The notes under the pieces were generated by a model. It did no database searches, was not told where the DNA came from, and worked only from the letters and a program-made list of their open reading frames with translations. DNA of 26,393 nt from an uncultured bacterium (GTDB lineage: Bacteria; Chloroflexota; UBA5177; JANWHV01): assembly GCA_963729625.1 (NCBI GenBank), contig CAVSOU010000013.1, forward strand, positions 1 through 26,393, given 5' to 3'. A program made the position numbers and the translations under genes. Positions 9,804 through 18,613 of the stretch are shown piece by piece (position 1 is the first letter of the stretch; the number at the start of each line of letters is the position of its first letter).

Positions 9804-10070
9804 CACATCTTTGGCGCGCTCGCCCAGTACGAGCGGGCGCTCACCCATGATCGGGTCATGGCCGGTCTCGCTGCCGCCAAGCGACGTGGTCGGCGCGGCG
9901 GCCGGCCGCCGGCGATCGCCGGCGAGAAGCTGGATGCCATCCTGGTCGCCCTGCATGGTGGCATGTCGAAGGCGGCAGTGTGTCGCAACTTCGGCGTCAA
10001 GCGCACCACGTTGATTGAGACGCTTGCGCGGATAGGTCTGCCCGCCGCCAGCGAGGCAGTGGGGGAGTGA
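9804..10070 (+). mobile_element. tnpR: Tn3-family serine resolvase, C-terminal fragment
   Basis: HIFGALAQYERAL..RV.AGLAAA.RRGRRGGRPP, HTH MSKAAVCRNFGVKRTTLIETL; catalytic N-terminus absent. Confidence 0.85.
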
Positions 10071-10351
10071 CGGCGAAGAGCGACCGCCTGAGCGTTCTGT
10101 CCGATGCCGAGCACGAGGCTCTGCATGGACTGCCCGACTTCGACGACGGCCAGCAGCTGGAGTACCTGTCGCTGTCTGAGACGGAACTGGCACTGGCGAC
10201 CAGCCGGTCCAGCTTCTACGCTCAAGTCTATTGTGTCCTGCAGATCGGCTACTTCAAGGCCAAGCACGCCTTCTTCCGTTTCGACTGGAACATGGTCGAG
10301 GCCGATTGTGCATTCGTGCTCAGCCACTACTTTTACGGCGAGGCGTTTGAA
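10067..10351 (+). mobile_element. tnpA: Tn3-family transposase N-terminal (DUF4158) fragment
   Basis: MTAKSDRLSVLSDAEHEALHGLPDFDD..LQIGYFKAKHAFFRFDW; GTGA overlap with tnpR; truncated after ~95 aa. Confidence 0.85.
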
Positions 10352-10356
10352 ATGCA

Positions 10357-10485
10357 CCACCTGCCGAGCCACCGCCAGCGGCGTCGGCGTCGGCAGCGAC
10401 GTACTGCTCGAACCGCTCGAGCGCCGCCACAATCTGGCCTAACGCCACCAGACGGGCCGCCGGGTCATCCCAATTGAGGTCCAAC
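10357..10485 (-). mobile_element. Second IS1182-family transposase fragment
   Basis: LDLNWDDPAARLVALGQIVAALERFEQYVA then, in a shifted frame, LAVARQVV; homologous to 5022-5165. Confidence 0.65.
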
Positions 10486-10489
10486 GAAT

Positions 10490-10960
10490 TGCCAGTGAAA
10501 TGTTGACCACCGCCAGTGGCTGACCGCGAATGGTCAGCAGCAGTTTGCCGATCGAGAAGAGCGGATACACCAGCACGGTGGCCGGCCTGCTCGTCGTGGT
10601 CGTAGCGGTAGCAGTGACCTTCACGCGCGTATTGGTAGCCGGGGGTGCAGTGGCGGTTGAGAGCAGCGTGCTCGTGGCCGTTGAGGTAGCTGTGCCAGTC
10701 GCGGTCGGCGTAATCGTCGCTATGGTCGTGCCGGTCGCAGTGGCTGTAGCCGTGCCGGTCACGGTTGATGTGGCAGTGCCGGTCGCGGAAGGGGTGTCCG
10801 TGCTGGTCGGCGTGGCGGTGGCCGGTGCGATCACGGTAAAGGTGGTTTGCACGTCGATGGCGCCGCCCACCAGGAGGGGGTTGGCATTCGGCACGTGGAC
10901 CGTCACCGTGTGAGGGCCGGGCGCGGCATCGGCCGGCACCGTCACCAAAACATCCGGACC
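10490..10960 (-). pseudogene. Internal fragment of a secreted/surface protein with a Thr/Ala/Pro-rich linker
   Basis: VTVPADAAPGPHTVTV Ig-like strand followed by ATATPTSTDTPSATGTATST repeats; no native start or end. Confidence 0.6.
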
Positions 10961-10987
10961 GCACGACGTGCCAGAGCCGTAGACCTG

Positions 10988-11332
10988 CTAGCGGTCCGCG
11001 ATCACGGTAATCGTGCCGTCGTGCTCCGTACGCGCTACGCGGCGGGAACCCTGCTCGCATGTGATCAGGCGGCCTGAGCGGTCGACGGTGTTGCCATTGG
11101 CGTAGTTCGCCGGCTGGCGGAACACGCCGACCGTGTTGGTCGGTTCGTCCCAGCGCAGCAAGCGGTCACTGGGAGTGTCGCTCCAGAGGAGGTAGCGACC
11201 GGCCGGAAAGTGGGCAGGGCCTGCGGCCCAGCGACAGCCGGTATACAGGTGGTCGAGGCGAGCACTCTCCTTGAGACAACCGTTGAAGCGCTCATCCAGG
11301 ACTTCGAGGATTCCCGGGTTACGTTCGGCCAT
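10988..11332 (-). pseudogene. SMP-30/gluconolactonase family, N-terminal third
   Basis: RBS AGGAGG; LYTGCRWA.GP..FPAGRYLLWSD, YANGNTVDRSGRLITCEQG, RTEHDGTITVIADR then TAG and loss of similarity. Confidence 0.85.
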
Positions 11333-11477
11333 TTCATCTCCTCCTGATACACACCATTCCGGCATACGCTGCGCACGCTCTAGTGGACCGGCCGAGTGCG
11401 CCCATGTGCAGCCGGTCACGCGTGGAGCGCACGGTGAGCACGCAGACCTGCGATAATCCCCATGGAGGCATCAGCGA

Positions 11478-11768
11478 GTGCACAGAGAGTTTCAACCACT
11501 TGATATCAGTAACGCACCGGACCTCATCCGGGTCGCCGAGGAGGTGCGGGCGGGGGGGCGGCCGCGTGTGCTGCAGCGCGACCAGGAAGACGTCGCTCTC
11601 TTGCTGCCCATCCCTGTGCACGGTCGCCGGGCCCGGTCACAGCGCGCCACAGCGCTGGATGGGCTACGCTTGAGCGCGGGTAGCTGGAAAGGCTTGCTCG
11701 ACGCCGACCAACTCAAGCGGGAGATCAAGGCCGCGCGCGGCTCGGACCGGCCTGACGTCACGCTGTGA
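11478..11768 (+). CDS. Putative antitoxin (Phd/YefM-like N-terminus)
   Basis: GGAGG RBS; TG-C-GATAAT at 11449-11457; VAEEV..G.PRVLQRD.EDVALL pattern; GTGA overlap with vapC. Confidence 0.7.
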   Translation: MHREFQPLDISNAPDLIRVAEEVRAGGRPRVLQRDQEDVALLLPIPVHGRRARSQRATALDGLRLSAGSWKGLLDADQLKREIKAARGSDRPDVTL

Positions 11769-12160
11769 AGTACTTGATCGACACAGATGTGCTGATCGAT
11801 TATCTTGCCGGCGACCCTACGACGGTCGCGCTGCTCCAGATTACCCTTGGCCCCAGTGGCATCGCGATCAGCGTCATCACCTACGCGGAGGTCTATATCG
11901 GCATCCTGCGAAGCTCGGCCAGGCGGCAAGCCGAAGCTGGCTTTCGCCAGTTCGTCCGCAGCGTGCCCGTCCTTGATCTGAGCAAGACGGTAGCGAAACA
12001 GAACGCAGCAATCCGGGTAGACCTCCTGCAGCGTGGTCGGACCACCCGACAGCGAGCGCTCGACTTGCTCATCGCCGCCACAGCGCTGAGTCATGGCTTA
12101 ACGCTCGTCACCCGCAACAAGGCTGATTACCAGGACATTTCCGGTCTTGCCCTGTATTAG
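11765..12160 (+). CDS. vapC: VapC PIN-domain toxin
   Basis: YLIDTDVLID, ISVITYAEVY.G, DLLIAATALSHGLTLVTRN..DY. Confidence 0.92.
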   Translation: MKYLIDTDVLIDYLAGDPTTVALLQITLGPSGIAISVITYAEVYIGILRSSARRQAEAGFRQFVRSVPVLDLSKTVAKQNAAIRVDLLQRGRTTRQRALDLLIAATALSHGLTLVTRNKADYQDISGLALY

Positions 12161-12199
12161 CGCTGCCTGAGTTGCCACCCTTTTGGCTCTCGCGTTTGT

Positions 12200-12583
12200 T
12201 GCGTCGGCGACAACGCCGAGGCGGCCAAGGCAATGGGCATCGACGCGCGCTGGGTGAAGATCCAGACCTTCATGTTCATGGGCTTCTCCTGTGCTCTGGC
12301 CGCGCCGATCGCGGTGCTGATCGACAACCAGTTCTATCCCACCACCGGCCAGGGGTATCTGCTGATCATCATCGCCGCCGTGTTCATCGGCGGCACGCCG
12401 ACCTGGGGCGGCGTCGGCACGATCGCGGGCGCGATCTGCGGAGCGTGCACGGTAGGGTTCATCGAGACTGGCCTGATCGCGGACGGCCTCTCGGGCTTCT
12501 GGACGAACCTGTTCTATGGCCTCGTGATCGTCCTGTCGCTCATCCTTCACCGCTTCAACCGGACGCGCGGCCGCAACGGGTGA
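12200..12583 (+). pseudogene. Monosaccharide ABC permease (RbsC-like) C-terminal fragment
   Basis: GDNAEAAKAMGI EAA loop, IAAVFIGGT...GGVGTIAG; N-terminal TMs absent. Confidence 0.8.
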
Positions 12584-12777
12584 CGTGCCTGTATACCTTG
12601 CCGACCGGGCCATCAAGCGGACGGCACCACGTCCCCCGCAAGGACGTGGTGATCGTCGATTCGCCTCGTGTCATTAGGGCGCAATGGCAAAGAGGCCATC
12701 CCGCCGGTGACCGGCATGAAAGGTAGTGGCGCGATGACGGCAGTCGCCCAGGCAGGTTCATAGAGATGCCCGTGGAG

Positions 12778-13866
12778 ATGACGTCTGCCGAACGGCTGGA
12801 GGCGGCGCTCGACGGCCACGACGTGGATCACCTGCCCTTCGCGCCTTTCCTCGCCTATCTGTGGGAAAGCCTGCCCGAGAGTGTTCAGGCCAGGGGCCAG
12901 CTTGCCTTCAACGACGCTGTTGGCGCCGACCCGCTCTGGCGCGGCGCCCCCTGCCCCGTCGTGCCGGTCATAGACGGTGCCGAGATCGTCGAGTCTACGA
13001 CCCCGGGCGGCCTTCGCCGGCAGGAGATCTGCACTCCGGTCGGCTCGCTGTGCCGGATCTGGCAGGCCAGCGAGACGGGCAACACCGAGTTTCTCGTCGA
13101 GCACCCGCTCAAGCGCGAGGACGATTGGAAGGCCCTACTTTGGGTCGAGGAGCACACGCGCTTCGCCCTGGACCTGGAACCGGTGCGGTGCCATTTCGAG
13201 GCGGACGGCAAGCGCGGCCTCTCGGTTGGTATCCTCGTGCCGCGGACCAAGACCGCCTTCCAGTCGCTGGTTGAACAGGAGGCAGGCACGCAGGAGCTTG
13301 CCTATGCCCTGGCCGATTTTCCCGATACCGTCGAGGCGCTCTGGCGCCAGACGATGGAGAACGATCTTGTCGCCGCGAAGTTGGCGGCGGAGGCGGACAC
13401 GCCGTATCGCTACTTCATCACCTGGGAAGACTCCGGCACGCAGAACTATTCGCCCGCGCTGTACGCACGGTTCATCGAACCGGAGACAGCCGGCTTCGTG
13501 GCCACACTCGCGCAGGCGGGTGGGAAGCGATACGTCCAGCACGCCTGCGGCCATGTCCGGCGGCTGCTCGAGCCCATCCGGCGCTCCGGAGTCTTTGCAA
13601 TCGAAAGCATTTCGCCGCCGCCCACCGGGGATGTCGAGATTGCGCAAGCGCGCGCCCTTTTGGGTCCCGACGTGGCGATCATCGGTGGGCTCGAGCCGAC
13701 AACCTTGCTCTCGACCTCACTCGAAGAACTGGAGCCCTACGTGGAGCGGACCATCGAGGCGCTCAGGGGTGGTCCCTTCATCCTGGCGAACTCGGACTCA
13801 TGTCCGCCCGGCGTCTCGTTCGAGAAGCTCGCGCTGGCCGCAGCCGTGGCGAAGCGACACCGATAG
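12778..13866 (+). CDS. Uroporphyrinogen decarboxylase / MtaA-CmuA methyltransferase family protein
   Basis: MTSAERLEAAL.G..VDHLP, TPVGSL, HACG, ESISPPPTGD, IIGGLEP, FILANSDSCPPG; uninterrupted ORF (alternative start 12766). Confidence 0.82.
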   Translation: MTSAERLEAALDGHDVDHLPFAPFLAYLWESLPESVQARGQLAFNDAVGADPLWRGAPCPVVPVIDGAEIVESTTPGGLRRQEICTPVGSLCRIWQASETGNTEFLVEHPLKREDDWKALLWVEEHTRFALDLEPVRCHFEADGKRGLSVGILVPRTKTAFQSLVEQEAGTQELAYALADFPDTVEALWRQTMENDLVAAKLAAEADTPYRYFITWEDSGTQNYSPALYARFIEPETAGFVATLAQAGGKRYVQHACGHVRRLLEPIRRSGVFAIESISPPPTGDVEIAQARALLGPDVAIIGGLEPTTLLSTSLEELEPYVERTIEALRGGPFILANSDSCPPGVSFEKLALAAAVAKRHR

Positions 13867-13947
13867 TGTCGGCGACACCGTATGTGAACCCCTAGATGCA
13901 ACACCATTCAGAACGTTGAAACGCAGACAATTGGGAGGACACTGATT

Positions 13948-14052
13948 GTGACCGACCTGAGATGGCCGAATCTGCCGCCCGCCGGTTGCCCGCTTGAGCG
14001 ATCGTCGCATCTCGGGGGCATCGTGTTCACGGGCCGCCACGCCTCCTATACA
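13948..14052 (+). pseudogene. N-terminal stub (~35 aa) of a hypothetical protein
   Basis: GGAGGA RBS + GTG; WPNLPPAGCP.E.S..LGGIVFTGRHASYT resembles the start of a family I recall continuing ADTWYPSW; sequence diverges at CATGCATG. Confidence 0.35.
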
Positions 14053-14469
14053 TGCATGCCCGCGGCGGCAAGAGGCGACAGCGCAGCGGGCGGCGCAAGA
14101 GCCGTCAGAAGGAGGAGGCACCCGCCCAGACTGGAAGGTAAAACTGCGTAAGCACGCACGATCGCCACGGTGGCCTTTTACACCACTTGACGGGACACGA
14201 TCTATTGGCCTTCGCTCGGACTATCGCGCCGTGGGCGCATGTGTTTGCCGGGGCCGGTATCGAATAGTGGGCGCCCAGGCACTTCGCAGCCGATCAGAGC
14301 GAGCATCTGCGCAACAGCTGCGTGCAAGGATGAGACGTCTACAATCGAAGGAGGAACGAAGCGAACTGGATGTGGCGAGGCACTGGACCGTCGGTTCCAC
14401 GGCGGCTACCGTCCCGAGAAGAGTCGACGAGCGAACGTCCGGCGCAGCCGGATAAGGAGAGCATACACC

Positions 14470-15339
14470 ATGCGTATCGGTGTCGTCTTCCCCCAGAACG
14501 AAATCACCGCCGATCCCATTGCCGTACGCGACTATGCCCAGGCGGCGGAAGGGCTCGGCTACACGCACTTGCTGTCCTTCGATCATGTGGTGGGCGCCGA
14601 CCTCACCAACCGGCCGAATTGGCAGGGGCCATACTCCGTCCACAGCCTGTTCCACGAGCCGTTCGTGCTCTATGGGTACCTGGCCGGTCTCACGCAGCGT
14701 TTGGAGCTGGTGACTGGCATCGTGATCCTGCCGCAGCGGCAGACGGTGTTGGTGGCCAAGCAGGCGGCGGAAGTCGACGTGCTCTCGGGAGGCCGCCTCC
14801 GCCTGGGCGTGGGCATCGGCTGGAACGAGGTGGAGTACCAGGCGCTGAACGAGCAGTTCGGCACTCGGGGCAAGAGGAGTGAGGAGCAGATCGCCGTGCT
14901 GCGAGCGCTTTTCAGCCAGGAATCGGTCACCTTCCACGGGCGCTGGCACCACATCGAGAGCGCGGGCATCAATCCGCTGCCTGGACGGCGGTCGATTCCC
15001 ATCTGGCTGGGCGGCAATGCGCCCGCCACGCTGCGGCGTGCAGGCACCGTCGCCGACGGCTGGTTCCCGCTAATGCCGCCGGGTGAACCTGCTCGCGAAG
15101 CCGTCGCCGCCATTCGCGCTGCCGCCACCGCCGCGGGTCGCGACCCCGACAGCATCGGTATCGAAGCCCGTATCGACTACGGCAGCGGCACACCAGACGA
15201 TTGGGCCCGCGCTGTGGAGGCGTGGCGGCTGCTGGGAGCCACGCACATCTCAGTCAATACCATGAGGGCTGGGCTGGGCTCGCCCCGAGAGCACATCGAA
15301 GCCATCCGGCACTTCAAGGAGGCCGTGCCGGCGGAGTGA
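14470..15339 (+). CDS. LLM-class F420-dependent oxidoreductase (Rv2161c-like)
   Basis: RBS AAGGAG; MRIGVVFPQNE, FDHVVGA, FHEPFVLYGYLA, VAKQAAEVDVLSGGRLRLGVGIGWNEVEY; intact. Confidence 0.92.
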   Translation: MRIGVVFPQNEITADPIAVRDYAQAAEGLGYTHLLSFDHVVGADLTNRPNWQGPYSVHSLFHEPFVLYGYLAGLTQRLELVTGIVILPQRQTVLVAKQAAEVDVLSGGRLRLGVGIGWNEVEYQALNEQFGTRGKRSEEQIAVLRALFSQESVTFHGRWHHIESAGINPLPGRRSIPIWLGGNAPATLRRAGTVADGWFPLMPPGEPAREAVAAIRAAATAAGRDPDSIGIEARIDYGSGTPDDWARAVEAWRLLGATHISVNTMRAGLGSPREHIEAIRHFKEAVPAE

Positions 15340-15401
15340 GCTACACTATCGGGGCGAGTTCCCGCGCACGTGCGGTTGGCCGATATGCGGCTGCAGGCAG
15401 G

Positions 15402-16016
15402 TCATCGATGATGTACGCCGGATCCGCTCTGCGGCATGGCAGCAAAGATGTTGCCGGCAGCCCCGAGGCCAGCCGCTTTCGCTTCCAGCTGTCGTTGCGA
15501 ATACTCCCGCAGGCGTGGGTCGTCCGGGGAGGCGGTGGCCTTGACCATGGCGTGCCGTCGTGGCAGGAACCATTTGAACTTCAGGAGGTAGCACCCCGAG
15601 CGTTTGTCGCCAAACACCCAGTTGTCCGCTCGCATCCGATTCAGCCGTCCCCAATAGCGTTGGGAGCGCCAGGAGATTGGCTTCTTGGGGTGACGGTGCC
15701 TGGCCCACTGGCATGCTCGTTTGAACATCCAGTCGTACAGGGCTTTGAAGGTTCGGGTCGAGACCACGGTGCGATAGTAGTTCGCCCAACCCCTGATGAT
15801 GGGGTTGAGCTTCTGACAGACCGTTACCGCGGATTTGCCTTTGTGCTCCATCCAGACGGCTTTGAGCTTGTCGCGCAGCTTCTTGACCGCTTCTTTGCTG
15901 GGGCGGATAAGGCGTTTTCGCCCCGTTCGAGTGCGCGGATTCTTGTACTGCCGGACATGGTAGCCGAGGAAGTCGAATCCTTCGTCCAGGTGGACAATGC
16001 GTGTCTTCTCTGTGTG
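15402..16016 (-). mobile_element. ltrA: Group II intron reverse transcriptase/maturase fragment (RT6-7 plus domain X; chloroplast-like class)
   Basis: EKTRIVHLDEGFDFLGY, LNPIIRGWANYYR, RHPKK, WVFGDK..G.YLLKF, ASPDDP.L.EY; YADD core missing. Confidence 0.88.
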
Positions 16017-16234
16017 CCTTGCGGCAAGCGGCCACCCTGCCCCAGGGTGTACGTTAGGCTGGTAAGGTTCGAGCCGTGACCTGGGAAAGAGTCCAGACCG
16101 ATGCCCGACGGTGCGCCGCCCAAGAAAACACGCGCGAGCGACGGCAACGCTGGGGCCAGCGCCACAGCTTGGTACACGCCATGGCCATCGAGCCGTTACC
16201 TCAAACCACCATGACGCCGCCAACGACGTGCGCG

Positions 16235-16320
16235 GTACGTGACGCTGAAGAGAGCTTTTGTTCCCGTCGGGGTCGGCGATGCTCCTGAAGCTCGGGTACC
16301 GGAGCCGGGTGGGCAGCATC
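16235..16320 (-). pseudogene. Possible VOC/glyoxalase C-terminal scrap
   Basis: IADPDGNK motif only. Confidence 0.25.
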
Positions 16321-16521
16321 TCGGGGATACAGGCAGGTTCGGGCGAACCACGCGTCCAACTGTGTTCAGATTGCAGGAGATCGACGCAGCGCTGCGGAAC
16401 CTGTCCCTGGATCTTGCCAGTGATACGGAGGAAGCCCTGGCCTGGCTGCCCCTACTGCGCAGCATCGGTGCGCGGGCAAGTAGGCTTTGTGACTGAGCGC
16501 TCGCGTGTATAGATGAGCCTG

Positions 16522-17443
16522 CTAGCCATGCCTGGCACCATCCCTGCGTGCACGGACCCTCGAGATGACCGATGGATCGATGTGTGATTCCATGGGTCCG
16601 AAGCTCTCCACCGAGCTTGCCGCCACCTCGCAGCCAACAGCGACAGCTTCCTTGGGGCTAGCTCCGGCAAGAACAGCGGCAACGTAACCCCCCGCGAAAT
16701 TGTCGCCTGCCCCGTCGGGGTCGACTTCTTGGGCCAGCGGAGCTGGAATGTGTTCCTTCGTGGCACCAATGCACAGATACACCCCATCGGCTCCAGCCTT
16801 CGTACACACGATCAGACCCGAGGCTGCAAGCTGTGCCTCATCGAAGCCAAGCCAGAGCAGCTCATCTCGGCTGGGGAAAACTACGTCTGCTTGAGCAATA
16901 AGCCGACGAACCTGCTCCACGGTAGTAACAGAGCCGCTTCGCGCCGGATGTTCGGGTCAACCGACACTTTGCCGCCAGCGGCCCGAACCCTTCGCACCGC
17001 ATCGATTACCACGTCCGCCAGTGTTGCTCCCAGGGCGATAGCGGAACCTGAGACGTGCAGCCAGCTTGCGCGCTCGGGCAAGTCGCCGAGGTCTTGCAGG
17101 CGCGATTGGCCTGCGGCGGCCTCGCGCACATAAAAGACGAAGCTGCGCTCGCCGGTGGCAGCATACGCGACGAAGGCTGCTGCAGTGGGAAGCACAGGAT
17201 CTATGGCGATATGGTCCACACTTACGCCATCCGCCGAAGTCGATCCACGATCATCCGACCAAACCCGTCGTTTCCCACAGCGCCGCACATCTCGGTCTCA
17301 GCACCGAGCCGGGCTGCAGCACTGGCGAAGATGGCTGGCGCCCCACTGGGTAGTGGGCCGACAAACGTGGCTGTCCGGTCAAACGGCACATCACGATCCG
17401 GGCGCATGAATGCAGCGATGATTTCACCGACAACTAACAGCAT
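16522..17443 (-). CDS. PfkB-family carbohydrate kinase, two frameshifts
   Basis: LVVGEII, GPLPSGAPAIFA, GAVGNDGFG, LHVSGS, VSVDPNIR, EVDPDGAGDNF; three frames. Confidence 0.88.
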
Positions 17444-17925
17444 AGCCACTACTCCCAGCGGGGGAACGGCACAGTCGCCTGGTGCCTCCCGCGGACGCTG
17501 TCTCTCGCGAGGCGGCTGCGCCAGCATGCACACAGAATACACTGCTGAGGACGACGCGTATGCTACTCCTGCCGAAGCGCCACGTCAATTGTGCAAAGTG
17601 CCGAGGATGTGCGCCGCATTGGCGGGCTACGCTGCGCCACGGCTGAGCGTAGCACGTAAACCTGGCGGGCACTCCGCGGCTGCCGCGGGGTTACAGCCAC
17701 CGCTGGGGTAGCTTAAGATACTGATCGATTGCAAACGATATGGTTAAGAGCAACAATATGAAACAGGAGCGAATGCAGCGACCTGGCAAAGTGGCGCGTG
17801 GGTGGTTGCCGCAAGTGATGGGGGGCGCGGCGTAGCAATCCACGCCGTACCACTCTGGCGGCGCGACGCTAGTACACGGCTGAGCAGGCCGCTGCGCGGA
17901 CGAGTAGTTACGCTGAGGACGCATC

Positions 17926-18613
17926 ATGATCAATGCAAGGATCGTGGACCTAAGTCACGCGCTCTACCCTGGTCAGGAAGAGTACCACCTGAACCTGAGA
18001 ACGCATAATACAGTCGATCTCTATCCGCAGTACCCGGTGGACGAGGGAGAATGGTATATCCTTCAGGATATAGACATGTCTTCGCACTGTGGCACACACA
18101 TCGAGTTCCCCTATCACCACAACAGGCATGGCATGGATGCTGGCACCTTTCCACTTGCCAGGCTCATCGGGGATTGTGTGCTGCTTGACTTCCGGCATAA
18201 GGAGTCGGGCGACCTCGTGACGCTCGAGGAAGTGAGGTCCTATGACAGCGTCATTCGGGCAGGTGACATGCTGCCTGTTCGACTTCGACTGTGCGAAAAC
18301 TACCGGACTGACCATGCCCACGATCGTCCTGCTGTCAGCCATGACGCCGATGAAGTGGCTCGTCTTCTGAAAGCACATCGATCTCATCGGATCGGACGCT
18401 ACTGGGATAGAGCTCAAGGGGGTGCCAAACCAGCCGAACCATCAGCTGTTGATGGATAATGGGATACCGATTATTGAGTTTGCTGCGCATCTTGATCAAC
18501 TGAGAAGCCAGCGGTTCACGTTGCTGGTGCTTGCTCTTGCAGTACATGGCCTGGATTCGTGTCCCGTTAGGCTGATAGCAATCGAAGATCAACAGCCGGG
18601 AGGACATTCCTAA
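17926..18613 (+). CDS. Cyclase-family (kynurenine formamidase-like) metallohydrolase, frameshifted
   Basis: IVDLSH, HCGTHIEFPYH, LIGDCVLLD, NHQLLMDNGIPIIE, GLDSCPVRLIA; TAATG overlap with the next gene. Confidence 0.85.

Noticed and set aside
10590-10830. Tandem repeats as CRISPR or VNTR
   Set aside because: Degenerate 6-bp periodicity explained by Thr/Ala codons of a linker
14239-14469. N-terminal extension of the LLM oxidoreductase
   Set aside because: Family similarity and RBS place the start at 14470
15402-16016. DGR, retron or CRISPR-associated reverse transcriptase
   Set aside because: Motifs are group II intron maturase domain X; catalytic core absent; no TR/VR pair, msr-msd or cas genes seen
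4960-16020. Restriction-ligation (Hi-C/Pore-C) junction signature
   Set aside because: CATG, AATT or GATC lie near a few junctions but no single site is common to all; not supported, though not fully excluded
4960-16500. Integron cassette array as the explanation of the mosaic
   Set aside because: No intI and no recurring RYYYAAC...GTTRRRY sites seen; blocks break mid-gene with mixed orientation
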